Shown here: in pieces, positions 1 through 13,700 of the stretch
Position numbering within the stretch: position 1 is the stretch's first letter
How the letters are laid out: each line of letters opens with the position of its first letter
Assembly (NCBI RefSeq): GCF_009914755.1
Contig: NC_060927.1
Source of the DNA: the human T2T-CHM13v2.0 reference genome, Homo sapiens
Strand: one strand, 5' to 3'
DNA: 64,000 nucleotides
The notes under the pieces: generated by a model
Databases searched by the model: none
Seen by the model: only the letters and a program-made list of their open reading frames with translations
What the model was told of the DNA's origin: nothing
Position numbers and translations under genes: made by a program

Positions 1-397
1 ACAATGTCATATCATTAAAACCCAGGCTATATGTGGTAGCTCTTTCCCACTACAGTGAAAGACATTTCAATGGGAAATGAGCTTGTCTATTAAAAATATC
101 TTCATTGTTGTTTTCTACCAATCTGTATCAACAGGTCATTTTCTTTCCTTTCTTTTTAAAATAGTAAATAAAGAAGGAATGATTATGATACTTCTTGCTC
201 TCTAGGAGCCACGTCATAAATGCTTAATTAGGTATGCCAAAGTTATTTTTTCTAATAGAGTACAGAAAACTCTTAATAAAAGATCAGATTCATTGATGTA
301 TATGCACAATATCAGGAAAGAGTTCTCATAATTTGTATAATTCCATAGTCAACCCTAGCAAGTGAAGATTAATCAATGGTGGGCTCCCATGCACGTG

Positions 398-429
398 TAT
401 TTATTTATTTATTTATTTATTTATTTATT
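398..429. repeat. (TATT)8 microsatellite derived from the L1 poly(A) tail
   Basis: Read directly from the sequence. Confidence 0.9.
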
Positions 430-3192
430 TTTCTTTTCCACTTTCTTTTAGGTCCAGGGGGTACATGTGCAGTTTTGTTACTTTAGTACATTGCACATCA
501 CTGGGGTTTGGTGTACACATGATTTTGTTACCCAGATAGTGGCATAGTACTTGATAGGTAGTTTTTTTGACTCTCGCCCTCCTCCTACCCTCCACCTTCA
601 AATAGGTCCCAGTGCCTACTGTTCCATTCTTTGTATCCATATGTACTCAATGTTTAGCTCTCACTGATAAATGAGAACGTGTGATATTTGGTTTTCTGTT
701 CCTCTATTAACCTGCTTAGGATAATGGCCTGCAGCTTCATCCATGTTGCTGCAAAGGACATGATTTTGTTATTTTTTTATGGCTGCATAGTATTCCACGA
801 CGTACATGTGCCATGTTTTCTTTATCCGGTCCACTGTTGATGGGCATCTAGGTTGATTCCATGTCTTTGCTATTGTGAATAATGCTACAGTGAACATATT
901 ACTATGTGTATCTTTTTGGTAGGATAATTTATATTCCTTTGGGTGTACATTCACTAAAGGGATTGCTGGGTTCAATGATAGCTCTGGTTTAAGTTCTTTG
1001 AGAAATCTCTGGGCTGCTTCCCACAATGGGTGAACTACTTTACATTTCCACCAGGAGTGTATAAGCATTCCCTTTTTTCCACAACCCCACCAGCATCTGT
1101 TATTTTTTGACTTTTTGATAATAGTAATTCTGACTGGTGTGAAATGGTATCTCATTGTGGTTTTTATTTACATTTCTCTAATGTTAGTGATGTTGAACAT
1201 TTTTCATATGCTTGTTGGCCATGTGAATGTCTTCTTTGGAAACGTGTCCATTTGTGTCCTTTGCCTATTTTTTAATGGGGTTGTTTGGTTTTTCTTGTTG
1301 ATTTGTTTAAGTTTCTTACAGATTCTGGACATTAGACCTTTGTTGGATGCATAGTTTGCAATTTTCTCCCATTCTGTAGGTTGTGTTTATGCTGTTGATG
1401 GCTTCTTTTGCTATGCAGAAGATCTTTAGTTTAATTAGGTCTCGCTTAATCCATTTTTGTTTTTGTTGCAATTACTTTTGCAGACTTTGTGATGAAACCT
1501 TTGCCAAGGTCATGTCCAGAGTGGTATTTCCTAGATTTTTTTTCTAGGATATTTATAATTTGAGGTCTTAAATTTAAGTCTTTAATTTTGAGTTGATTTT
1601 TGTATATGGTAGAAGGAAGTGGCCCAGTTTCAGTCTTCGGCATATGGCTAGCGAGTGATCCCAGCACCATTTACTGAATAGGGAGTCCTTTTCCCATTGA
1701 TTGTTAATGGGCAGCTTTGTCAAAGATCACATGGTTGTAGGTGTATGGCTTTATTTCCGGGTTATCTAATATTGGTCTATGTGTCTATTTTTGTACCACT
1801 ACCATGCTGTATTTTACTGTAGCCTACTACTGTATCTATTACTGTCACCCTGTAATATAGTTTGAAGTTTGATAGTGTGATGCCTCTGGCTGTGTTCATC
1901 TTGTTTAGGATTGCTTTGGCTATTCCAGCTCTTTTTTAGGTTCATATGAATTTTAGAATTTTTTTTCTAATGCTGTGAAAAATGACATTGATTGATAAGA
2001 ATGGTATTGAATCTGTAAATTACTTTGGGAAGTATGATCATTTTAGCAGTATTGATTCTTCCTGTCCATGGGCATTGAATGTTTTTCTTTTTGTTTGTGT
2101 CATCTCTGATTTCTTTCAGCAGTTTCTGCAATTCTCATAGAGTACTTTCCCCTCCCTGGTTAGCTGTCTTCCTAGGTACTTGATTCCTTTTGTGGCTATT
2201 GTGAATGGGATCAAATTCTTGATTTGGCTGCCAGCTATTGTTGAGCTACTAATTGTTGTACATTTATTTTGCATCCTGAAACTTTACTGAAGTTGTTTGT
2301 CAGTTCTATGAGCTTTTGGATGGAGACTATGAGGTTTTCTAGGTATAGAATCATATCATCTGCAAAGGGAGATAATTTGACTCCCTCTCTTCCTATTTGG
2401 ATACCTTTTATTTATTTCTCATGCCTGATTGTTCTGGGTAGGAATTCCAGTACAATGTTGAATAGGAGTGGTGAGAGTGGGCATCTTTGTCTTCTTCCAG
2501 TTGTCAGGCGGAATGCTTCCAGCTTTTGTCCCTCCAGTATGATGCTGGCCATGGGTTTGTCAAGATGATTCTTATTATTTTGAGGTATGGTCTTTCAATG
2601 GTTAGTTTGTTGAGAGTTTTTAAAACAAAGGGATGTGATGTTGAATTTTATTAGAAGCCTTTTCTGTGTCTATTGAGATGATCATGTAATTTTTGCCTTT
2701 AGCTCTGTTTATGTGATGAATCGCATTTATTGATATTCATATGATGAGCCAATCTTACATCCCAGGACTAAAGCCTGCTTTATTGTGGTGGATTAGCTGT
2801 TTCATGTGCTGCTGGATTTGGTTTGCTGATATTTTGTTGAAGATTTTTATATCTATGTTCATCAAGGATATTAGCCTGAAGTTTTCTTTTTCCCTCGTGT
2901 CTCTGCCAGGTTTTGGTATCAGAATGATGCTGGCCTCATAGAATGAGTTAGGCAGGAGTCCCTCCTCCTTTATTTTATGGTATAATGTCAGTAAAATTGG
3001 TACCAGATCTTCTTTATACATCTGGTAAAATTTGGCTGTGAGTCCATCTGGTTCAGGGTATTTTTTAGTTTGTATGTTGTTTATTACTGATTCAATTTCA
3101 GAACTCGTTATTGGCCTGTTCAGGATTTCAATTTATTCCTGATTCAATCTTCGGAGGTTGTATGTTTTCAGGAATTTATCAATTTCTTCTAG

Positions 3193-3505
<313 letters not shown>

Positions 3506-6180
3506 TCTTCTAGGTGTTTTAGTTGGTGTGCAGAGAGGTGTTCATAATAGTCTCCGGGGAATTTTTGTACCTCTGTGGGGTCAGTAGTAATGTCACCTTT
3601 GTCATTTCTGATTGTGTTTATTTGGATATTCTTTCATTTTTATTAATCTACCAAGTGGTCTATCAATCTTACTTATCCATTCAAAGAACCAGCTTTTGGG
3701 CTTGTTCATCTTTTATATGAATTTTCATGTCTTAATTTCATTCAGTTCATCTCTGATTTTGGATATTTCTTTTCTTCTGCTAGCTTTGGGGTTGGGTTAC
3801 TCTTGTGTTTCTAACTCCTCTAGTTGTAATGTTAGGTTGTTAATTTCAGATCTTTCTAACTGCTTGATGTAGGCATTTCATGCTATAAACTTTCCTCTTA
3901 GCACTTCTTTAGCTATGTCCCAGAGATTCTGTTTGTTGTATCTCTATTTTCATCAGTTTCAAAGAAATTTTTGATGTCTGCCTTAATTGCATTCTTCACA
4001 CAAAAGTCATTCAGGGGCAGGTTGTTTAATTTCCATGTAATTGTATGGTTTTGAGAGATTTTCTTGGTATTGATTTCTATTCTTATTTTGCTGTGTTCTG
4101 AGAGTGTAGCTTGTATGATGTCATTTTTTTTGAATTTATAGAGAATTGCTATATGGCCAAGCATGTGGCCAGTCTAAGTGTAAGCGCCATGTGCTGATGA
4201 GAATAATGTACATTCTGTTGTTGTTAGATACAGTATTCTCTAGATGTCTCCGAATTCCATTTGATAAGTGTGGAGTTTACATTTGATATATCTTTGTTAG
4301 CTTTCTGCCTTCATGATCTGTCTAATACTGTCACTCGGGTGTTGAAGTCTGCCACTATTATTGTTTGATTATCTAAGTCTCTTTATAGGTCTGCAGGAAC
4401 TTTTATGAATCTTAGTGTTCCAGTGTTGGGTGCATACATATTTAGTATAGTTTTCATGTTGAATTGAACCCTTTATCATTATGAAATTCCCTTATTTGTC
4501 CCTTTTGATCACTGTTGGCTTAAAGTCTGTTTTATCTGAAATAATAATAGCCACACCTGCTCTTTCTTGCTCTCCCTTTGCTTGATCTTTCTCCATCCCT
4601 TTACTTTGAGCATATGGATGTCATTGCATGTGAGATGGATCTACAGTTGGGTCTTGCTTTTTTATACAACATGACACTCTGTGTCTTTTAAGTAGGGGCA
4701 TTTAGTACCTTTACATTCAAGGCTAATATTGATATGTGAGGATTTGATCCTGTCCTCATGTTGTTAGCTGGTTATTATGTAGACTTAATTGTATAGTTAC
4801 TTTATAGTGTCAGTGGGCTATGTACATATGTGTGTTTTTGTGGTGGCAGGTAATCATCTCCTGTGTTTATATTTAGCACTCTTTTAAGAATCTCTTATAA
4901 GGCAAGTCTGGTGGTAACAAATTCCCTTAGTGTTTGCTTGTCTGAAAAAGATTTTATTTCTCCTCCATTTAAGAAGTTTGGTTTGTCTGAATATGAAATT
5001 ATTGGCTGAAATTTCTTTTCTTTAAAGATGCTGAATATAGGACCCTGATCTCTTCTGGCTCATAAGGGTTCTGCTGAAAAGTGCACTATAGCCTGGCGGA
5101 GTTCCCTTTGTACATAACCTGCCCCTTATTTCTAGCTGTCTTTAAGATTTTTTTCTTCCACATTGGTTTCGAAGAATCTGATGACTACGTGTCTTGGGGA
5201 TGGTCATCTTGTATAGTATTTTGCAGGGGTTCTCTGAATTTCCTGAATTTGCATGTTGATCACTCCAGCAAGGTTGGGGAAATTTTCATGACCAATATTC
5301 TCAAATATGTTTTCCAAGTTGCTTGTTCTCTTTCCATCTCTTTCAGGAATGACAACGAGTTACAGGTTTGGTCTCCTTACATAATCTCATATTTCTCAGA
5401 GCTTTTGTTCATTTTTCAAATTCTTTTTTATTTTTGTCTGCCTGCATTGATTCCAAAAAACAGTCTTCGAGTTCTGAGACTTTTTTCCCTCAGTTTGATC
5501 TATTCAGTTATTAATGCCTCCAATTGCATTATAAAATTTCTGGAGTCAATTTTTCATCTCCAGACATTCAGTTTGTTTCTTTCTTAAAATGGATGTGTAC
5601 TCTTTCAACTCTTGGACTGTTTCACCGTGTTCTTGGGATTGGGTTTCAACCTTCTCCTGTAACTATATGTGGTTCCTTGTCATTCAGCTCCTGAATTCTG
5701 TATCTGTAATTTCAGCAATTTCATTCTGGTTAAGAACCATTGCTGGGGAGCAAGTTGTAGTCATTTAGACTCAAGAAGACACTCTGGCTTTAAGAATCAT
5801 TAGAGTTCTTGCACTAGTTCTTATCTGTGTGGACTGATGCTCCTTTGGTATTTGAAGCTGCTGTCTTTTGGATGGGGCTTTTTGCTTTTCTATTATTTGA
5901 TGCTCTTGAGGTTTTGACTATGGTATAAATTGGGTTTCATGGATTGGTTTCAATTCTGAATGCTTTTCTGGAGCCAAAGCTCACCTCAGCACTCTTGGGC
6001 TGCATGCTGTAATCCTGGGGGATGGGGGATTAGTCCTGTGGCTTTGCTCTCTGGCCCCTTGAGATTAAGCACCTGCTGTGCTGGAGGTGCTGAGGTGTTC
6101 CCAGTTCACTTGCAACAACACTCTGGCAGGGGCTGCTGGCAAAATTGCTCCAGTGGGGCAGTGGGAGTCTCCACACACAT

Positions 6181-6380
6181 GTGCACCAATGGAGGAGGCT
6201 GCAGGCGAGTACGCATCAGTAGGGGGAGGCTGAGGGTGGGTGTGCACTGGCAGGGAAAGACTATGGGCAGGTATGCACTGACAGGGGGAGGATGCAAGCA
6301 GGTACGTGCTGGCAGGGGAGGTCATGGTTGGAGTGTGCCAGCAGGGGGAGACAATGGGTGGATGCATAATGGTAGGGGTC
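6181..6380. repeat. Degenerate ~31-bp G-rich tandem repeat (~6-7 copies) in the L1 5' region
   Basis: A recurring unit like gtgcactggcagggggaggctg..ggt starts at ~6181, 6211, 6242, 6273, 6304 and 6334. Confidence 0.8.
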
Positions 6381-7371
6381 CACCAGGTCGTTTTCTTACT
6401 CCAAGTTTCAGTTTTGTTAACCTGTACTATAAAATGACTGAACTGTAATTTTTAAAGTTTTCTTAAGCAGAAAGACTTCAATTATTTTATTTGATGTGCC
6501 ACTGGACAGACTTGTAAATGGAAGCTCAAGGAATTCAGTGAGTTGTCTCTGGAAAAGAGCAGAGCAGGTAATCCCAGGCTTTTGTGTTACATGTATATTG
6601 CTCTTTCCATCATCTTATGGCTGCTTCAAAGGTTCCTCACAGGTCCAAAGTTTACTCTAACTCAGTGAATTCCTTTGGTCATTCCACATGTAATCCTCCT
6701 GGAGCACATTATCAATGGCAATCTTTGGACAGTGCTAGGCCTATCAATGGTGAACCTGGGATGGCTGAAGCTCATGCTGAGTCAAGTCTATACTAATCTA
6801 ATTCTCCCAAATGTGATGGGAAGTGCATTTTCCACAAACAGTACTCATCTTGGAAAGTAGACCAGCATCCTAATAAAAGCAGAGATTTTAGTGTAATACA
6901 GGTTAACATTCCAATCCCACAGAATGGGCTTGCTTAGTGTATAACTTTTCCTAGTCTTCATACTTACGAAAAGACATGAGGTCTATGTGTAACATGTAGA
7001 AGTGTACATGGCCCAAAATATAAATTGAGCCCAAAAAATATCTGCAGGATACATAAAAAGCTAGCTCTTTTCTATTCTCTATTTGGTTTGCATACAAATG
7101 GTAGCATCCATGCACTTTAATGTTATTCAAAATGAACAATAGAAAAATCCATGGAAACTTGTCCATTTTGTTTGCATTGATGTTTCCAGAACTACTGATT
7201 TTGATAGATTTGTTTTTCCATTAAAGAAGTAGGAACAAATCCCTGATCTCTTACACTGAATTGTGGTGAACAGAGTAAGATGGGAAATTGCTCTTTTAAT
7301 ACCAAATTGGGACAAAGCCGTTAATTATGTGAAGCTTATTCTAACAATAGCTCTTCAAGTGTGTGATGGAC

Positions 7372-7718
7372 CAGGGGCCCCCAACTCCTGGGCCACAGAC
7401 TGGTACTGGTCTGTGGCCTGTTAGGAACTGGTCACACAGCAAGAGGTGAGCAGCGGGTGAGTGAGCACTACTGCCTGAGCTCTGCCTCTTCCTGTCAGAT
7501 CAGCAGTGGCATTAGATTCTCATAGGAGCATGAACCCTATTGTGAACTGTGCATATGAGGGATCTAGGCTGAGCGCTGTTGGTGAGAATCTAACCAATGC
7601 CTGTAAATCTGAGATGAAACAGTTTCATCTGGAAACCATCTCCAACCCCCAACTAGTCTGTGGAAAAATTGCGTTCCAAGAAACTGGTTTCTGGTGCCAA
7701 GAAGGTTGGGGACTGTTG
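7372..7718 (+). mobile_element. MER1B-like hAT-Charlie MITE
   Basis: Starts caggggcccccaac and ends aaggttggggactgttg. The 8-bp TSD is tgatggac (7364-7371) / tgatagac (7719-7726). Confidence 0.88.
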
Positions 7719-9599
7719 TGATAGACTACTAATCCTGCTAATGGGGTAACCCAAGTCACAACTAAGTTTAAGGTTGGAAAGCCCCAGTAAATATCTGAGG
7801 TCTTAGTGAAACAGGGTAAGATGAAAGGTGAGAAAAAGTTGTATTAGACACTATGGGTGCAGGGGGGAAGATCCCAGAAATAATAGTCTTTGAATGAAAG
7901 TCCAAGATATGACCTTCTTGGTAGAGAAAAACTCAACCAGGAAAGTTGTCTTATACATTTTTCATAGATGTTGTGCATGTTGAATCCCCACCCTTATGGT
8001 AATCCATTAGTATGCTGAAGGCTCAGAGGAAATAGTACAAAACAGATGCATTCATGCTTCATTTTTCCATATGTTTGTTATTCAACACCACACGATGACT
8101 GATAGATCCCATATCTAATTACCATATACTGGAGAGCTTTCTGGATTTTTCCAGCCCAGCAGTGACAATAATTGCCATTCAAGAAAAGATAAATCAATGT
8201 TATAATAATAATACAATGACTTATCTGATTTCCCCTGTTATTTTTTTTGGAATATCAACTTTTCACTGAATTTAAGATGATTTTCTGATAAAATTATTAT
8301 TTTTTTGCTCTGAAAACCAATATAAATATGTTTATCTGCTACAATAAGAATGATAACATGCAACAATAAATGTAAACTTAGCTGTTATATGCAAAAGATT
8401 TTGCTAGTTGCAAGAAATAAAAAGACATCAGAAGTAGTTGTTGACTTCAAACTGCTCAGAATCTGGTAAAATAGATGACCTAGTGCACAGTGATTATCTC
8501 ACCCAATGTCCCATTATCACCCAGCTGTATTCTGTTCCTTTTCCAGTCCTCATGCTCTAATTATTTAAGACTCAGCTTAAATCCTATAAATATCTTGGTC
8601 TGATATTTTGTCAGAAGACATATCTCCCCCCAATTTCTCAGAGGTCTTTATCTCTACTTTGTATGTTATTTGTAATTTTTTATTTTATGATACTATCATG
8701 CTTTTCACCATAACAAAGCAAAGCCTCTATTTTTTCTTAAGTTGTATCTTATTAAAGCAACTAACCTAAAGGGTAAGGAAAGGACTTCTTTGAGCTTTCA
8801 GGAAATAAGAACAAGCCAATTACGAGGAGGGAAAAAATAAAGCTGACCTTAGATATCTACACAGCAACATTTAATTCTAGAATACAGTGAATCAATGCCC
8901 ACAAAATATTCAAGGAAAGAAAAATATAATCCAAGTCTTTAATATCTAGCCACAGTGTTCAAGTACAAATACAAACAAAACCCAATTTTTAACATGTAAG
9001 AATTCAGGGAATACTATTCCCATGAGTTCTTGCTGAAGAAGAATTTCACTGAACAGAAAGATATTTTTGGAAAGACTATATAAAAAGATTAGTACTGAAA
9101 TTTGAATCTATACATTTGTTGAACAATGATTTAAACATATGCAAGGATTAAGGTGACAGAAGAGAATGTAAATGTTAAATGACTGGGTGGGAGAGTGATA
9201 AGTATGGTAATTTTCTCACTTATAATACCAGGAGTTAAAGGATATTTTCAATACTTCAAAATAAGTAATGTGAATATAAATGTATTTAATATCTCAAAGG
9301 AAAACACTACAAAGATTATGTAATTAACCGAAATCAAGGGGATAAGAGGAAAAAGCAGTATAAAGAAAAACAAACATACTAATTCCATCACTGATTATAG
9401 TGGAGAATCAAAAACAGTTTGAAGAAACAGGGGATTTAGGGTATAAAAATTATATTAGATCAAGAATACCAACTTTCTAATGAGCAGAAGCAGCACTCTC
9501 TCTCTCTCCAAAGTAGGTAAAAAGGAAATACAAAAAGCTTTAAAGATGGGAAAGGATAACATGAAATTCTATGCTAGAATTAAAATTAAATACATCTCC

Positions 9600-9717
9600 C
9601 CTATTGATAGTTCCATGAGGGAAAGGATGTCTGCTTGTTCTGTCCATTGCTGTGTCCCGAGCACCTGGAACATTGCCTGGCTCATGACTGCAGGCAAAAA
9701 TTTCTTTAAGGAATGAA
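9600..9717 (+). mobile_element. L2 3'-end fragment
   Basis: gttccatgagggaaaggatgtctg...gcacctggaacattgcctggctcat...gaatgaa resembles the L2 tail. Confidence 0.65.
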
Positions 9718-10140
9718 ATTCATACGGCTAAATTCACATAATAAAGAAAAAGGCTTTCAAGTTACTTCAAATAACAAAACCAACTGTTCTTGAGTATATC
9801 TTCAATCAAAAAAGAGATCAAGACCAAAATTACAAGACTTTTAGAGACAAATAATAAAAATACGTTGCATCAGTATTTATGGGGTACAGCTGAGGCAGTG
9901 TTCAGAAAAACAAATCACTGCATTAAATATTTATGTAAGGGAACAAGTAAAAAGAAAAACACATTAAGCATTCATATTCAGAAATTAGTTAAAAATCATG
10001 AAACCTAAGGAAAGTAGAAGGAAGAATATTGCAATGATTAAAATAAATTGATGAATTAGAAACAAAAGAGTAGGACTAGTAAATAAATACAAAAGTAGGT
10101 TCTTTGAAAAAATATAATAATATAAATAAGTTTTAGCTGC

Positions 10141-10356
10141 CAGGATATTTCCACTTCGGTACTTAAGGAAGATAATTTTTGTTGTGGGAGCTGTCCTGTT
10201 CATTATGGGATGAGCAGCATCCCTAGCCAGATGCCAGTAGCCCTCCCCTTCCTAGTTCTAGCAACCAAAAGTGTTTATGAACATTGCCAATTTTCCCCTT
10301 GGGGGTATCAAAATTGTTCCAATTGAGAACCAAATTGTTCCAGTTGAGAACCACTG
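10141..10356 (+). mobile_element. MER20 hAT-Charlie MITE nested in the old L1
   Basis: ataatttttgttgtgggagctgtcctg...ccagatgccagtagc...caaccaaaagtgt...acattgccaa...gttgagaaccactg. Confidence 0.85.
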
Positions 10357-12960
10357 AAGTAGCCCAGTCAAAAAGGAAAGGAAGAAGCACAAACACCCAA
10401 TATAAGAAATAATAAGCAAGTAATGATCAGTCAGGGAAAATTTTAAAAATCAAAGGCTATTTTAATAAACTCTACAAATTAATATGAAACCTGAATATAA
10501 AGCATAATATTATATTAAAGTAAAATTAACAAAAATAGAAAATGTAATATATGAATTACCAAAGGAGGAAACTTGCCAAAATCCAATCATCTCAAAAAAA
10601 AGTTAAAACCAGTCCTTACTACAATGCTATTTGACCCTTCCAGATACACTTGGCCATATAATTTAGTAAAAGAAAATAACCTTAGAAAAAGATTAAGAAG
10701 ACAAAAATTAGTATTATTGTTTACAGGTGCAATTTAATTTTGCTGATATTATTGTTTACCTGGAAAGAAAAGTATATTTTACTGAGCAACTATGAAAAAT
10801 AGTAAGAAAATTTAGTCAGTTAGCTCAGTATAAAATTAAAAGACAGAAATCATTTTCCTTTATGTATACAAATAACCTCTATTATATAGAAGATCATGGT
10901 GGAAAAACACATAATATTCAGGAATAATACTGATAGTTAATTTTCAGGATCTATATTTAGAGACTATCAAAATACTTCTGAGGTAATCAAAACAATACCA
11001 GGTACTTAAACAGGCAGATTCAACTTCATAAAGATGTTAACCTTAAATATATCTATAAATAAAATACCAAAAGAAAATCTGAGAGAACTGAAAAACCTAA
11101 TGCTAACATTAATATAGAAAACAAAATCAGAAAGAATAACTAGGATGATCATGAAAACGAAGAGCAATTTGGTGTGGGATGTGGAGATTAAAAGAAGAGG
11201 TAGACTTGCTGTTATTAAAAAATAAAGTAAAGCTACAATAATTAAATCAGTGTGTTATTGGCACATGAATAAACAGTCATAAAATTGGAACAGCCTGGGT
11301 AGTACAGAAGTCCAAATAAGTAAAGCATATATGTATATTCAAGGTAGCATTTAACACTAAGGGGAAAAAGATAGTTTATTTAAAATATTGTGGTAAAACA
11401 TTAGGGCAGCTTTATGGAAAAAAAAAAAAAAACTCAAGTAAATTCCCTTTACAGTATATCCAACTTAAGCATAAAATTTTAAACAATAAATTTACTTCAG
11501 GCATTTTAATGACTTTAAATGACAACGGAATAGGAAGGTATTCCTCAGTAGGAGATTTTAAAATCTCAGAAACTATAAAAAAAAGATTAATAAAATGTTA
11601 ACATCATTATGTTGTTGAGTCTGTCAAACACACGGTACTTATGAAAATGCAAAAATTTTTGTATTACTTAAAATGCCATAAACCAATCAAAAGGTAAAAA
11701 GTGGGAAGCATTTGCAAGGGCTAACTTTCCGAATATAAAAGGGTTCCTTCAGAAAGATAAGTGAAAGACCAAGATCCAAATAAGAACAAAAGCAAGGATA
11801 GGTGACAAGTAAAACAAAATTAAAATAAAATCAGCTATTGGCTATTCTCCTACAATATGCTAAAACCACATATCATAAATAAAGTAAAAATTAAAACTAT
11901 GATGAATAGAATTTTTTATCCATCATATTTTTTAAAATTACATAACTCACTGTGCTAGTGAAAGTGCAGAAAAATTGGCACTGTCGTGTCATATATTTCT
12001 TTATTGAGTGTAAATACTATATCTAGGGAGATCGATTTGGCATTATCTAGCAAACTTACAAATATTCTGCTTTCTGCTCTACTTTTAGAAATTTACTCTG
12101 CAGATATACTATAAAATGTGCAGAATACTGATGTATAACTATATTATTTATAATAGCAAAATATTGAGGCAAACTTTCAGAAATATGGGACTGATGAAAT
12201 CACGTATGTCACAGTCTATGGTATAATACCACATAGCTTTTAAAAAATACAGAAACTCCCTGTGTACTGATTCGGAATAATCTCCAAGAAATATTAAGTG
12301 GAAAGAGCAAAATGGAGTGATAGTGTGGACAGTGGCTATCTTTTCTAACAAAGAGAGGTAAATAGACATATCTACTTATATGGGTATAAGCAAAAAGTAA
12401 TAATAATAATAACTCCAGCTGACAAATAAGAAAATTGTAATATTGATAGCCTATAGAAAAGTGGCTATAGATAGGCAGAATGAGATTGTTCAATTTATCT
12501 TGTATCTTATGGTTGTGAGTTAAGTGAATGTATTATCTGTTCAAAGGGAAATAAATTGTTTCAAAATAGTTGACAAAAGATTATTATGATAAACCTGAAA
12601 GAAGATATGCACAGTATGATCAACAAATGCTGATTTTGAAATCCAGAATACTATCCCACATGAGTCATATTTTGTTAATTTAAAATTCATGTTGACAGAT
12701 GAACACAACAGATGAAGCTATTAATGCAGCTTTACCTTACTGACCCAGAGCCCTTCGAGTCTGAGTTTCCTCTGGACCAAGTGGTTATCTTCTCTATACA
12801 GACTGGGGATTCTATCTCCCAAGCATGCAATTAACTGCCCCTTTTGAATATTCTATTCCAAGACTCATTGCAACTATGATACTCTTTTCTTTTAAGTGTG
12901 AGCCTCAGAAACAATTAAGCAAGAAATAATCGTGCATTTGCATAAGCCCAACTTACTGTG

Positions 12961-13301
12961 TTTTTTTGTTAGTTTGTTTGCTTGGGACTTTCTCTGAGAA
13001 GCAGGAACTCGTTTTGTCATCCAGGCTGGAGTGCAGTGGCATGATCAAATCTCACTGCAGCCTTGAACTCCTGGGCTCAAGCAATCCTCTCATCTCAGCC
13101 TCCCAGGTAGCTAAGACCATGAGCACATGACACCATGCCCGGCAATTTTATTTTGTTTTATTTATTTATTTATTTATTTTTCAGAAAAATGGGGTCTCGC
13201 TATTTTACCCAGGCTGGTCTCAAACTCCTGGCCTCAAGTTATCCTCCTGCCTTGGCCTCCCAAAATGCTGGGATTACAGGTGTGAGCCCCCATGCCCGGC
13301 C
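12961..13301 (-). mobile_element. AluJ-like
   Basis: Antisense Alu with J-type 'cactgcagccttgaactcctgggctcaagcaatcctc'. The TSD is acttactgt at 12951-12959 and 13306-13314. Confidence 0.92.
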
Positions 13302-13444
13302 AAGGACTTACTGTTTACTCAGCAAACATTTATTGGGCATCAATTAGCTATTGGCATAATCATAACACTTCCTCCTACATGTGAGCATCAGAAATATTTA
13401 ATCAGGAAGTAATTATGCATTTGCATAAGCACAATTTACTCTTT

Positions 13445-13700
13445 AGTCAATGAATATTTAATGGCCATCAATTACATGCCAGGTAGCATGGAAGGTACTG
13501 GAAACAGAGAAAGACATGTTCCTTGCCCTTAAATAATTTGCATGGTAATCATTATTCAGGGAGACAAGAATATAATAGAATTTAATACAATTTGGTCCAT
13601 GTTAGAATAGTAGCCACAAATCATAAGAATGGCAAGAGGCTAGGAGAAGGAGGCAGTAACAATGCCTGGGGAGACTCAGAGAGGGCTTTACAAAACAGAG
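13445..13700 (-). mobile_element. L2 fragment
   Basis: Antisense L2 tail: aatatttaatggccatcaattacatgccaggtagc...gacatgttccttgccctt. Confidence 0.6.

Larger units (their letters stand above)
8750..12550 (+). mobile_element. Highly decayed ancient L1 (L1M/L1ME; 5' part possibly HAL1-like), fragmented
   Basis: A-rich plus strand with an ORF1-like segment at ~8800-9050. The ORF at 9790-10008 (IKKEIKTKITRLLETNNKNTLHQYLWGTAEAVFR) resembles L1 ORF2 just after the endonuclease. Later ORF2/3'UTR-like motifs continue to ~12550. Confidence 0.7.

Noticed and set aside
6181-6380. Periodic repeat considered as a CRISPR-like array
   Set aside because: It is a contiguous degenerate tandem repeat with no unique spacers, it sits inside a primate L1, and there are no cas genes.
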